From: a virus | Lineage: Duplodnaviria; Heunggongvirae; Uroviricota; Caudoviricetes | Virus record (IMG/VR): IMGVR_UViG_3300043436_004750 | DNA: 44,880 nt | Direction: 5' to 3' (one strand) | Part shown: positions 29,046-38,430 of the stretch, piece after piece | Layout of the letters: the number at the start of each line of letters is the position of its first letter | How positions within the stretch are numbered: position 1 is the first letter of the stretch | Translations under genes and position numbers: made by a program | The notes under the pieces: model-generated | What the model saw: the letters and a program-made list of their open reading frames with translations, nothing else | What the model was told of the DNA's origin: nothing | Database searches by the model: none

Positions 29046-30392
29046 ATGACATCATTAGCAAAATTATCTTCCTACGGAAAAGGATTCCAATTAAAAGTAT
29101 TGGGAGCATTATTAACAGACAAGAAATTTCTACTTAACACAAGAGATTTGTTAAGACCAGATTATTTTGATTCAGATGCTCACAAATGGATTCTAGAAAC
29201 TACTATCAAGTATTATGATAAGTATCATACTACAATTTCTTTAGAGGCATTAAAAATCGAATTACAGAAAGTAGAGAATGATATTTTACAAGTAGCAGTT
29301 AAATCAGAATTGAGAAATTGTTATGAAGCAACTCAAGAGGATTTAGCATACGTTGTAGAAGAATTTACTACCTTTGCGAAAAACCAAGAACTTAAAGCAG
29401 CATTACTAAACTCAGCAGACTTATTGAATCAAGGAGACTTTGATGGAATAAGAGGATTGATTGAAAGAGCTATGAGAGCTGGTATGGATAAGAATATGGG
29501 GCATGAATATAATAAGGATGTAGAGAGTCGTTATAGAGAGAACTACAGGCCTACTATTCCAACACCTTGGCCGATTATGAATGAAACCATTGGAGGAGGA
29601 TTTGGACCTGGAGATTTAGTTATTATGTTTGGTAATCCTGGAGGAGGTAAATCTTGGACGATGGTTGCAGCAGCAGCACATGCAGTAATGATGGGATACA
29701 ATGTAAATTACTATACTTTAGAGCTTGGAGAAGATTATGTAGGTAAACGATTTGACTGTTACTTTACAGGACATGGAATTGAAGAAGTAAATAAGCATAG
29801 AGGAGAGGTAGAGAAAATTGTAGGTAAATTAAAAGGAAAATTAATTGTAAAAGAATATCCGCCAAAAGGAGCTTCAATCAATACAATTAAATCACATATA
29901 CAGAAATGTATTGATATGGATCATAAACCAGATATGATTGTAATTGACTATGTCGACTATCTAAAACCACCTTCTAGGACTCGTTTTACAGAAAGGAAAG
30001 ATGAAATTGATGATGTATTTATTGCAACGAAGGGATTGGCTAAGGAATTACAAATACCTATACTAACACCCTCTCAAGTTAATAGAATGGGAGCTAAGGA
30101 TTCAGTTATCGAAGGAGATAAAGCAGCAGGTTCTTACGACAAGATGATGGTTGCCGATGTATGTTTATCTTTATCGAGAATGAAAGAAGATAAGGTATTA
30201 GGAACAGGACGTATTCACGTTATGAAGAACAGATACGGAATGGATGGTATGACCTGGGATGCAAAAGTAGATACAAATAATGGACATATTGAGATACTTG
30301 GAAGCATGTCTTTAATTGAACTAGAGAATAAATCTACGGGAAATTTTAAAGAGTTAGCCAATAAATTCTTTGCATTAGAGGAGACAAAATAA
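29046..30392 (+). CDS. dnaB: DnaB-like replicative helicase
   Basis: Walker A GNPGGGKS; IVIDYVDYL; SQVNR; KNRYG. Confidence 0.9.
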   Translation: MTSLAKLSSYGKGFQLKVLGALLTDKKFLLNTRDLLRPDYFDSDAHKWILETTIKYYDKYHTTISLEALKIELQKVENDILQVAVKSELRNCYEATQEDLAYVVEEFTTFAKNQELKAALLNSADLLNQGDFDGIRGLIERAMRAGMDKNMGHEYNKDVESRYRENYRPTIPTPWPIMNETIGGGFGPGDLVIMFGNPGGGKSWTMVAAAAHAVMMGYNVNYYTLELGEDYVGKRFDCYFTGHGIEEVNKHRGEVEKIVGKLKGKLIVKEYPPKGASINTIKSHIQKCIDMDHKPDMIVIDYVDYLKPPSRTRFTERKDEIDDVFIATKGLAKELQIPILTPSQVNRMGAKDSVIEGDKAAGSYDKMMVADVCLSLSRMKEDKVLGTGRIHVMKNRYGMDGMTWDAKVDTNNGHIEILGSMSLIELENKSTGNFKELANKFFALEETK

Positions 30393-30476
30393 CAAGTAAA
30401 AGAAAAAACAATTAAGCAAAATAAAAGTAGACTGCTATTTATCTCTACAGTAAAAACAGAATAAACAAATAGATTT

Positions 30477-31427
30477 ATGCTAACACAACCAAGACATTTT
30501 TATAAACCATTTGAATACCAAGAAGCATTTGACTTCTACTTAGATCAACAAAGAGCCCACTGGCTGGCAGATGAAGTACCATTAGCATCTGACTTAAATG
30601 ACTGGAAGCAAAAACTCACAGAATCTGAAAAAAATTTAATAGGAAACATTTTGAAATCCTTTGCACAGACCGAAGTACACGTAAATGACTACTGGTCTTC
30701 AAATGTTTCGAAATGGTTCCCAAAACCGGAAATAGTAGCAATGACTTCTACTTTTGGTTCCTTTGAAGCAATTCACGCTCATGCTTATGCCCGTTTAAAT
30801 GAAGAGTTGGGTTTAGAAGACTTTGCAGCATTTCTAGAGGATGAAGTATCTGCAGCTAAAATTGAAAGATTACTAAATACACCAAATGAAACCCTAAAAG
30901 AGAAAGCACAGTCTTTAGCTATATTTTCAGCATTTACAGAAGGAGTGAACTTATTTTCTTCATTTGCAATTTTAATGTCTTTTCAATTAAGAAATTTAAT
31001 GAAAGGTACAGGTCAAATCGTTGAATGGAGTGTGAGAGATGAGTCACTACACTCCAAAGCAGGATGCTGGTTATTCAGAACTTTATTAAACGAAAACCCA
31101 GAATTAAATACAGACGAGTTAAGAAATACAATAATAGAAGCTTGTCATCTTTCAGTACAATTAGAATTTAATTTTATTGATAAAGCATTTGAAATGGGAG
31201 AAGTTGAGGGGTTAAATCAAGAGCAGTTAAAGAATTTTATAAAAGCTAGAGCTAATGAAAAAATGATCGAATTGGGATATCATGCAGCCTACAATGATAT
31301 AGATCCAAACCAGCTCAAACAAATGGAATGGTTTAGTCATCTAACATCAGGAAAAACTCAACAGGATTTCTTTGCAAACCGCGTGACTTCGTATTCCAAA
31401 TCTATATCAGATTGGAGCGATTTATAG
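30477..31427 (+). CDS. nrdB: ribonucleotide reductase class Ia beta subunit
   Basis: EAIHAHAY, EGVNLFSSF and RDESLH di-iron motifs. Confidence 0.95.
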   Translation: MLTQPRHFYKPFEYQEAFDFYLDQQRAHWLADEVPLASDLNDWKQKLTESEKNLIGNILKSFAQTEVHVNDYWSSNVSKWFPKPEIVAMTSTFGSFEAIHAHAYARLNEELGLEDFAAFLEDEVSAAKIERLLNTPNETLKEKAQSLAIFSAFTEGVNLFSSFAILMSFQLRNLMKGTGQIVEWSVRDESLHSKAGCWLFRTLLNENPELNTDELRNTIIEACHLSVQLEFNFIDKAFEMGEVEGLNQEQLKNFIKARANEKMIELGYHAAYNDIDPNQLKQMEWFSHLTSGKTQQDFFANRVTSYSKSISDWSDL

Positions 31428-31449
31428 AAAATAACAAAACAAATATAAA

Positions 31450-33174
31450 ATGAGTTTACAAGTAGACACAAGTAAGTGGGTAAAAGGAAAGAATTATCCG
31501 GAATGGGCAGATGAAATTGCAATAAATATAGTATCAAAAGGGTACTTACTTCCTGAGGAAGATATGTTTAAGGCATTTACAAGAGTAAGTAAAGCATCAG
31601 CTAGGAGATTAAAAAGAAAAGATTTACAGCCGTACTTCTATGAAGCTATGGTTAAAAATTGGCTATGTCTAGCGTCTCCGGTATTTTCTAATCTAGGAAC
31701 AGAAAGAGGAATGCCTATTTCATGCTTTGGTATTGATGTTGATGATTCTATTGAAGGAATTGCTCACTCAAACTCAGAACTTATGAGACTAACCTCACAA
31801 GGAGGAGGAGTAGGAATAAGTCTATCACGTATTAGGGGGAGAGGAAAGCATATAAAAGACAATGGAGTGAGTGAGGGGATAGTACCTTGGGCTAAGATTT
31901 TTGATTCAACTATTTTAGCAACAAATCAAGGATCAGTTCGTAGAGGAGCAGCTTCAGTAAACCTATCTATTAATCACCCAGATATTGAAGAATTCCTAAG
32001 TATTAGAAGACCTAAAGGGGATGTAAACAGACAGTGTTTAAATCTACACCAATGTGTTGTGGTGGATGATGCTTTTATGAAACAGTTAGAAGAAAAAGAT
32101 ACTAAGGCATTAAAACTGTGGGGGGAGATATTAAAGACAAGATTGGAGACAGGGGAACCTTACATTATGTTTGAAGACAATGTGAATAGTGTAAACCCTC
32201 AAGCATATAAGCAAAACAACCTGAAAGCCTCTATGACAAATATATGCTCAGAAATAACTCTATATACAGATGAACTTCATTCGTTTATTTGCTGTTTATC
32301 TTCTCTAAACCTAGCAAGATGGGATGAATGGAAGGACTATAAATTTGAAAATGGAATGACATTACCAGAATTGTCAACCTGGTTCCTAGAAGGGGTATTA
32401 CAGGAATTTATTGACAGAGCAAAGAATATTAAGTTTTTTGAAAATACAGTAAGGTCGGCAACAAAAGGAAGAGCAATTGGATTAGGAGTATTGGGGTGGC
32501 ATACATATTTACAGGAGAAGGAACTTCCATTTGCTTCAGTAGCATCTACATCAACTAGGAAACACATTTCAAAGTTTATTTATGAACAAGCAATTAAAGC
32601 CTCAAGAGACCAGGCTAAGGAATACGGAGAACCGGAATGGTGTAAGGGTACAGGATTACGACACACCCACCACATAGCAATAGCTCCAACAGTAACAAAT
32701 GCACAAATCTCAGGTGGTGCATCCCCTTCCATTGAACCTCTTCCTGCAAACGTATATAACCTAAAGACAGCTAAGGGGGTGTTTATTAAGAAAAATCCCG
32801 TACTAGAAAGAGTTTTAGAGCAAAAAGGGTACAATATAGATAGCGTATGGGAGCAAGTGCTTAGAGACGAAGGATCAGTACAGGGGTTGCCTGAATATAT
32901 ACTAACAGATGAAGAAAAGGAGATATTCTTAACATTTAAAGAAATCAATCAGTTAGAGATAGTAAAACAGACAGCAGCATGTTATGAGTGGGTTGATCAA
33001 GCAGTTTCTTTAAATTTAATATTTGATCCAAATGATACACCGAAATGGATAAGTACAGTACATAAGGAAGCACATAGGTTAGGAATAAAAACACTATACT
33101 ATATGAGAACAGAATCAGTACTCCGGGGGGATACTTTATCTAGAATGTCGGAATGTGTATCATGTGCTGGATAA
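31450..33174 (+). CDS. nrdA: ribonucleotide reductase class Ia alpha subunit, no ATP cone
   Basis: 574 aa; ISCF, NICSEI, IAPT motifs and C-terminal CVSC. Confidence 0.95.
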   Translation: MSLQVDTSKWVKGKNYPEWADEIAINIVSKGYLLPEEDMFKAFTRVSKASARRLKRKDLQPYFYEAMVKNWLCLASPVFSNLGTERGMPISCFGIDVDDSIEGIAHSNSELMRLTSQGGGVGISLSRIRGRGKHIKDNGVSEGIVPWAKIFDSTILATNQGSVRRGAASVNLSINHPDIEEFLSIRRPKGDVNRQCLNLHQCVVVDDAFMKQLEEKDTKALKLWGEILKTRLETGEPYIMFEDNVNSVNPQAYKQNNLKASMTNICSEITLYTDELHSFICCLSSLNLARWDEWKDYKFENGMTLPELSTWFLEGVLQEFIDRAKNIKFFENTVRSATKGRAIGLGVLGWHTYLQEKELPFASVASTSTRKHISKFIYEQAIKASRDQAKEYGEPEWCKGTGLRHTHHIAIAPTVTNAQISGGASPSIEPLPANVYNLKTAKGVFIKKNPVLERVLEQKGYNIDSVWEQVLRDEGSVQGLPEYILTDEEKEIFLTFKEINQLEIVKQTAACYEWVDQAVSLNLIFDPNDTPKWISTVHKEAHRLGIKTLYYMRTESVLRGDTLSRMSECVSCAG

Positions 33175-33194
33175 ATAAAAAATAAACATAACTA

Positions 33195-33635
33195 ATGAAA
33201 ATACTTGTAACAATAATAGTAGTAGTGGTAGCTGTACTTGGTACAGTTATCCACAGGCTACGAAATAAAATTAAAAGACTACGTACAGAAGCAATTACTG
33301 TTGCTGAATATTTCGAAAAGGAAAGGGTAAAAATTCACGAAAATTCTAAATTTAGGTCAGCAGCTGCCAATTGGGGGTTTACTATTGAAAATTTTGTACC
33401 TTTTATAGATACATTTCCTATACCCTCAGAAGATGTAAACTTTTTAGGAAAACCTATTGACTTTGTAGGGTTTACAAACACAGGCAGTGCAACTAAATGT
33501 GAAGTACATTTTATAGAAGTAAAAAGCGGATCAGCATTTCTCTCTCAGAAGCAAAAGAATATTAAAAAAGCTATACAAGAGGGTAGAGTTAAGTGGCATG
33601 AAGTAAGAGTAGAAGGAAATAAGCCAGTAAAATAA
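33195..33635 (+). CDS. Holliday-junction-resolvase-like endonuclease with N-terminal hydrophobic segment
   Basis: FLGKPIDFVGF...FIEVKSG...LSQKQKNIKKAI PD-(D/E)xK pattern. Confidence 0.75.
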   Translation: MKILVTIIVVVVAVLGTVIHRLRNKIKRLRTEAITVAEYFEKERVKIHENSKFRSAAANWGFTIENFVPFIDTFPIPSEDVNFLGKPIDFVGFTNTGSATKCEVHFIEVKSGSAFLSQKQKNIKKAIQEGRVKWHEVRVEGNKPVK

Positions 33636-33641
33636 GTATAA

Positions 33642-33743
33642 ATGAAAAAATACTGCTTTAAATTTAAGAACAGAATCTATCAACTTACCGGCAAATGGGA
33701 GGAAACGTGTATAAACGATTCAAAGGACTTTCAAATGGAGTAG
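33642..33743 (+). CDS. small hypothetical protein (33 aa, not in the ORF track)
   Basis: MKKYCFKFKNRIYQLTGKWEETCINDSKDFQME*. Confidence 0.4.
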   Translation: MKKYCFKFKNRIYQLTGKWEETCINDSKDFQME

Positions 33744-33864
33744 TTTAATTACTTATTACAAATAAAAGACCATACTACAGTAGAAAATCGAATAATAAAT
33801 CAGGTATCTTTTGGATTTCTAAAAGAAAGTTCATATATTAAATAATAATTAAAAAACAGAAAAT

Positions 33865-34008
33865 ATGTCTAAAAATTCAGCAAAGAGTATGTACACTCAA
33901 TTAATGGAATGGGTTGCTACATTGAAGAGACCAGCATCAACCGAAATTAAAGAACAACCATCAGGTAAATTTAGCAAAGCCGATTATTACAAAAAACGAG
34001 GAGTATAA
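33865..34008 (+). CDS. small hypothetical protein (47 aa, not in the ORF track)
   Basis: MSKNSAKSMYTQLMEWV...KKRGV*; promoter at 33810-33841; TAATG coupling to thioredoxin. Confidence 0.65.
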   Translation: MSKNSAKSMYTQLMEWVATLKRPASTEIKEQPSGKFSKADYYKKRGV

Positions 34009-34271
34009 TGAAAAAAGAAGTAATTAAATTCTACAGTAACGGATGTACTCCATGTAAACAGTATGGACCGGTTTTCGAAAAAGTAAAGCAAGACTTACAG
34101 GGGGAGATTATTTTCACAGAAATAAATGTAGAAAATGATCCTGAAAATTTAACCGGACACTATAAAGTAAAGGGAATACCTCATACAGTTATTTTAATAA
34201 ACAATCAGGAAATTAAAAAACATTCAGGCGGAATGACTGAAGAGCAATTAAGTCAATTTATTTTAAACTAA
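34008..34271 (+). CDS. thioredoxin-like protein
   Basis: 87 aa; CTPC active site; VKGIP. Confidence 0.85.
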   Translation: MKKEVIKFYSNGCTPCKQYGPVFEKVKQDLQGEIIFTEINVENDPENLTGHYKVKGIPHTVILINNQEIKKHSGGMTEEQLSQFILN

Positions 34272-34283
34272 AAATTAATACAA

Positions 34284-34595
34284 ATGTTACGAAACCCAAA
34301 CTCAATACCAGCAGGTGATACAATCATAGAAGATCCAGTATTAGAACCTTTTTTTATTACAAATTCTTCTACAGGAGGTTATACAGTTTACGAAAAAGTT
34401 AGTAGAGGAAAGGATGACAAAGCGTATCTACGCTCGGTTTGTTATCCATCTACATTTAATTATGCATTAAAGGTTATTGCTAAAGAAAAGTTAAGTACCG
34501 GGGAGACAAACCATTACACGACAATTAGCGAATATGTTACTAAATGGGAATCAATCACTAAAGCAATTGAAAAAGCAACCCTAATGGAACTATAA
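34284..34595 (+). CDS. hypothetical protein
   Basis: 103 aa ORF. Confidence 0.65.
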   Translation: MLRNPNSIPAGDTIIEDPVLEPFFITNSSTGGYTVYEKVSRGKDDKAYLRSVCYPSTFNYALKVIAKEKLSTGETNHYTTISEYVTKWESITKAIEKATLMEL

Positions 34596-34596
34596 A

Positions 34597-34743
34597 ATGG
34601 GAGAAGTTATAGGACACCTTTGCGGGACTTGTGGAGAAAATCATCCAAGTCTATTAACTTTACCTGCACTTTTAGTTGTATTCGGAGGATATTTTTCTTA
34701 TATTAAATGTAAAATAAAATCATTATGGAAGAAGGAGGATTAA
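34597..34743 (+). CDS. small membrane protein with CxxC (48 aa, not in the ORF track)
   Basis: MGEVIGHLCGTCGENHPSLLTLPALLVVFGGYFSYIKCKIKSLWKKED*. Confidence 0.55.
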   Translation: MGEVIGHLCGTCGENHPSLLTLPALLVVFGGYFSYIKCKIKSLWKKED

Positions 34744-34928
34744 TATCGTTATACGACTATTTAGGTTATGCAGCAGGAGGTGAACTAGGAAAAGAGGTAG
34801 CTACTGCAGCCGGTAAAGCAAAAGAAAAAATAGGTAAGAGATTTGTTACCAATACTCGATACAAAGGAGAAATACTACTTTATAGGAGAGAATTTTTAGA
34901 AGAATATTTCAAAAGTAAACAACTATAG
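34725..34928 (+). CDS. small hypothetical protein
   Basis: 67 aa; SLYDYLGYAAG...YKGEILLY. Confidence 0.65.
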   Translation: MEEGGLISLYDYLGYAAGGELGKEVATAAGKAKEKIGKRFVTNTRYKGEILLYRREFLEEYFKSKQL

Positions 34929-34959
34929 CGTTTGCCTATACGCTTCAAATACCTGGCAA
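34927..34959 (+). promoter_or_regulatory. compact H-type pseudoknot in the queC leader
   Basis: P1 AGCGT/ACGCT (34927-31/34940-44) and P2 TTGCC/GGCAA (34932-36/34955-59), then an A-rich tail to the ATG. Confidence 0.5.
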
Positions 34960-34977
34960 AATAAAAATAAATAAATT

Positions 34978-35829
34978 ATGTCTAAAAAACATGTTGTTCT
35001 TAGCCTCAGCGGCGGGATGGACTCAAGTACTTTATTACTTAGATGTCTAAAAGAGTATGATAGTGTAACAGCTATCTCATTTGACTATGGTCAAAAACAC
35101 AGAGTAGAGCTAGAGAGAGCTCAATCATTAATAGATTATATTAATGGAAATCCTGAAAAGCCTATTAAGTCTTGTTTTCCAATTAATTACCGTCAAATCC
35201 AATTAAATGGATTAGTTGATTTATTAGATTCAGCTTTAGTAACAGGAGGTGAAGATGTACCGGAAGGTCACTATGCAGAAGATAATATGAAAGCAACAGT
35301 TGTTCCTAACAGAAACAAAATATTTGCTTCTATTACTCAAGCAGTAGCTTTATCAGTTGCAAATCGTACAGGAGAAAATTGTGATATTGCTTTAGGGATC
35401 CACAGCGGCGATCATCATATATATCCTGATTGTAGACAAGAATTCAGAGATGCAGACGATGCAGCTTTTAGAATTGGAAACTGGGAAGCAGAAAGAGTAG
35501 GATATTTTACACCTTACTTAGAAGGAGATAAATTTACTATCTTACAAGATGGAGAAGTATTATGTAAAGAATTATCCTTAGATTTTGATGAAGTTTATAA
35601 ACGTACAAATACATCTTATAAGCCAATTTTTATTGCATATGAAACACATGCTTTTAAAGGAGGAAAATGGTACTCAGATTATAAATCAGCTTCATCAGTT
35701 GAAAGAGTAGAAGCGTTTATTAAATTAGGAAGAAAAGATCCAGCTCCTTATGCAGACGAAACAGGACCAGTAACATGGGAACATGTAGTAGAAGAAGTAA
35801 CAAAAGTATTAGATAACCATAACAAATAA
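34978..35829 (+). CDS. queC: 7-cyano-7-deazaguanine synthase
   Basis: SLSGGMDS, FDYGQKH, VVPNRN and YPDCR motifs. Confidence 0.92.
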   Translation: MSKKHVVLSLSGGMDSSTLLLRCLKEYDSVTAISFDYGQKHRVELERAQSLIDYINGNPEKPIKSCFPINYRQIQLNGLVDLLDSALVTGGEDVPEGHYAEDNMKATVVPNRNKIFASITQAVALSVANRTGENCDIALGIHSGDHHIYPDCRQEFRDADDAAFRIGNWEAERVGYFTPYLEGDKFTILQDGEVLCKELSLDFDEVYKRTNTSYKPIFIAYETHAFKGGKWYSDYKSASSVERVEAFIKLGRKDPAPYADETGPVTWEHVVEEVTKVLDNHNK

Positions 35830-35833
35830 AATT

Positions 35834-36214
35834 ATGAATGAAACAAACACAGGATACTATTCAGGAACAATAGGAACAGTATCATCAGGAACAACATTAG
35901 GATATTCAGGAACATCAATTACAACCATTACAGATGGTTCAGGACTAACCTTACAAGGAAATTCAACAATTAATTATTCACATTCAATTTTAACACCAGT
36001 AAGTAATATGAGACCAACACAAGTAAAAGTAGCAGTATTCACAATCACAAGAGATTCAGATACAAATGAAATCAATTCAACAAAATTCTTAAAAGAATTA
36101 TGGGTTGAGCAAAAAAATGGAGCATCAATTGATTTAATCGTTGCAAAACATTTAGATAAAGACTTTGATCCAGAAACAACTGTCATTAAAGTACTTTCTA
36201 CAGTAAGCTTCTAA
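35834..36214 (+). CDS. hypothetical protein with Ser/Gly/Thr-rich N-terminus
   Basis: 126 aa ORF. Confidence 0.6.
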   Translation: MNETNTGYYSGTIGTVSSGTTLGYSGTSITTITDGSGLTLQGNSTINYSHSILTPVSNMRPTQVKVAVFTITRDSDTNEINSTKFLKELWVEQKNGASIDLIVAKHLDKDFDPETTVIKVLSTVSF

Positions 36215-36715
36215 ATGAGAACTAAGATAGTATCCGCATTTCCTGGCGTAGGAAAGACAACCTATCATAAAAACAACCCTGACACCACTTTGGATTCCGA
36301 TTCGAGTGGGTTTAGTTGGGTTGTTAATGAGAATGGTGAAAAGGTAAGAAACCCTGAGTTTCCTCAGAATTATATTACCCATATTAAAGAGAATATAGGA
36401 AAGTACAAATACATCTTTGTTTCTTCACATAAAGAAGTGAGAGATGCGTTATTGGACAATTGTCTATACTACTATTTGGTTTATCCTGATGATGAAAGAA
36501 AAGAAGAGTTCATTCAACGATATAAAGATAGAGGTAACGACGAGAGTTTTATTAAGTTGGTTGATTCTAAATGGGATGAATGGATGAGAGAGTTTTATTG
36601 GATGGATAGAGGTTGTGAAAAACTAACTGCTTATGATGGTTGGAATTTGGAAGATGTATTAAATGCTCAAGAAGCAAGAGATTACGGAGAAGTATTAACA
36701 GAAGAAATACAGTAA
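36215..36715 (+). CDS. P-loop NTPase/kinase-like protein
   Basis: AFPGVGKT Walker A at the N-terminus. Confidence 0.7.
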   Translation: MRTKIVSAFPGVGKTTYHKNNPDTTLDSDSSGFSWVVNENGEKVRNPEFPQNYITHIKENIGKYKYIFVSSHKEVRDALLDNCLYYYLVYPDDERKEEFIQRYKDRGNDESFIKLVDSKWDEWMREFYWMDRGCEKLTAYDGWNLEDVLNAQEARDYGEVLTEEIQ

Positions 36716-36716
36716 T

Positions 36717-36992
36717 ATGGGACAGTACAGAAAAAAACCAGTTGTAATTGAAGCAATTCAGTTTACAAGAAATAATATTACTGAGGTTGAGACTTTTACT
36801 GAATATGCTGCTCATACTTTTCAAATTGAAAGGAGAATAGATGGTATTGCTACTTGTATCATACCAACTCTAGAAGGTCAACATATAGCAACTGAAGGTG
36901 ATTGGATTATAAAAAGAGTAAATGGAGAATATTACCCCTGCAAACCAGATATTTTTGAAAAAACTTACGAAAAAGTTGCAGAAGAAGAATAA
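36717..36992 (+). CDS. conserved phage hypothetical protein
   Basis: YRKKPVVIEA...TLEG...GDWII...YPCKPDIFEKTYE pattern. Confidence 0.75.
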   Translation: MGQYRKKPVVIEAIQFTRNNITEVETFTEYAAHTFQIERRIDGIATCIIPTLEGQHIATEGDWIIKRVNGEYYPCKPDIFEKTYEKVAEEE

Positions 36993-37034
36993 AGTTCGTA
37001 TCTTTAAGTATTATTAATAACAAATAAAAGAAAA

Positions 37035-37232
37035 ATGAAAAAAGTATTTTTAACATTAGCATTAGTAGCAGTAGTATTAGTTTCTTGTAAACAAGTAAAC
37101 ACAACTGAAACATCAACAGTAGATTCAACAGCAGTAGCAGTTGATTCAGTACAAGTTGATACAACTCAAGAAGCTGCAATCATTGAAACTGAAAAAGTTC
37201 AGGATTCAATCGACGCTGCAACTACAAAGTAA
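37035..37232 (+). CDS. small Bacteroidota-type lipoprotein
   Basis: MKK plus hydrophobic core plus lipobox LVSC; own promoter at 36975-37006. Confidence 0.8.
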   Translation: MKKVFLTLALVAVVLVSCKQVNTTETSTVDSTAVAVDSVQVDTTQEAAIIETEKVQDSIDAATTK

Positions 37233-37358
37233 TTACCAATGCTCGCTGTTAATTGAGAGGTAGAGTGTATTAATTTCCGAACAAGGGTTTATAGTAGGAA
37301 GGCGTCACTTATTGCACTCAATCAGAAACCCTGAAAGACCAAGGTTGGTAAAAAGAAG

Positions 37359-37466
37359 AATCGGTTGGTGTAAGTGGGAATGAATACCACCTAGGGTAAC
37401 ATGTTAGCTGAGATAGCATCTCTTAATTTGCTGATAGATAGAGGTTCGAATCCTCTACCGACTCCA
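37359..37466 (+). ncRNA. tRNA-like RNA with oversized, unassignable central domain
   Basis: Acceptor AATCGGT/ACCGACT, D arm GTGT/ATAC, canonical T arm AGAGG-TTCGAAT-CCTCT; about 108 nt. Confidence 0.55.
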
Positions 37467-37503
37467 AATTTTCTACCGTTCTTTGAAATAAAACTTATAA
37501 ATT

Positions 37504-37809
37504 ATGGAACAAATCTTAGCTTTTGTTTTAGGTATTGGTATAGCTGCCTTTGTATGGGCAGTTGTAGTAGTGTTTAGAACATCAAAATTAGCAAAACAGA
37601 ATGAACAAAGCATTCTAAATATAGAACAATGGGTTTCTAGAAACGATGAATTAATAAATCGTAGAATTGACCAAGAAATTGATAGAGTAAATAATCTACA
37701 TCAAGACAGTATTTCATTTACTGATTCTAGAGTAGATAAATTAGAAGCAAAACTCTTATCCGTTGATAAGGATGGTTGTGAACCAATAAAAAAATTAATA
37801 AAAGGATAA
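37504..37809 (+). CDS. membrane-anchored coiled-coil protein
   Basis: N-terminal hydrophobic helix followed by heptad repeats. Confidence 0.65.
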   Translation: MEQILAFVLGIGIAAFVWAVVVVFRTSKLAKQNEQSILNIEQWVSRNDELINRRIDQEIDRVNNLHQDSISFTDSRVDKLEAKLLSVDKDGCEPIKKLIKG

Positions 37810-37857
37810 ATTAACCCAAAGAACGGTAGTAAAATATTCCTATTTATATAAAAACAC

Positions 37858-38364
37858 ATGGCAGGAAAATTAAATACAGTAAAAAACACGTTACTTGTAA
37901 GCATTTTGAAAGAAGTAACACTTTCGGAAATATTTGACAGTAGGCCATTTAAAACATCTTTTAATATAAGACCTGGATTTGAAGCAGATTATGAAACAGA
38001 GAGCTTCAAAGACTTACAAGGAAATGCAGTAGATATCTTTTTTCTAGAATCAGGAGAAGATACGTATGAAGTAGATTTTCAAGTAAATGGAAATAGTTTT
38101 AAAGCATCTGGAGTAGAGTATAGTTTAGGGGATTATACAAGCTTACTTGCAACAGTAGCTGCAGCAGTAACACAGTTCCTAAGTAATTATGAACCCTACG
38201 GAGTAGTATTCAGAGGAGCAGATGATTTTGCATCTGTAAGTAAAAATCCTAACAAAAAAGGGCAAAAAGATAGAATATATGATTATTTCATTACACAGTT
38301 AGGAGATAATGAAAAATACAAATTAGGAAGATATCCAGACGGAATAGGTCTTCAAAGGATTTAA
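37858..38364 (+). CDS. hypothetical late protein
   Basis: 168 aa; late motif at 37840. Confidence 0.65.
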   Translation: MAGKLNTVKNTLLVSILKEVTLSEIFDSRPFKTSFNIRPGFEADYETESFKDLQGNAVDIFFLESGEDTYEVDFQVNGNSFKASGVEYSLGDYTSLLATVAAAVTQFLSNYEPYGVVFRGADDFASVSKNPNKKGQKDRIYDYFITQLGDNEKYKLGRYPDGIGLQRI

Positions 38365-38430
38365 TAGTTGGATCATAAAGTAAAAGTTCGTATATTTATA
38401 AAAGATAATAAGAAAAAAAATATAAAAATA

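Noticed and set aside
21534-33174. Group I introns or inteins in pol, uvsX, dnaB, nrdA or nrdB
   Set aside because: Each gene is one continuous ORF of normal or short length; all endonucleases lie between genes.
34927-34977. Canonical preQ1-I riboswitch
   Set aside because: Lacks the purine-rich P1 5' arm and conserved loop residues; kept only as an unassigned pseudoknot.
37359-37466. tmRNA or selenocysteine tRNA
   Set aside because: No GGGG 5' end, G3:U70 pair or tag reading frame; no TCA anticodon loop.
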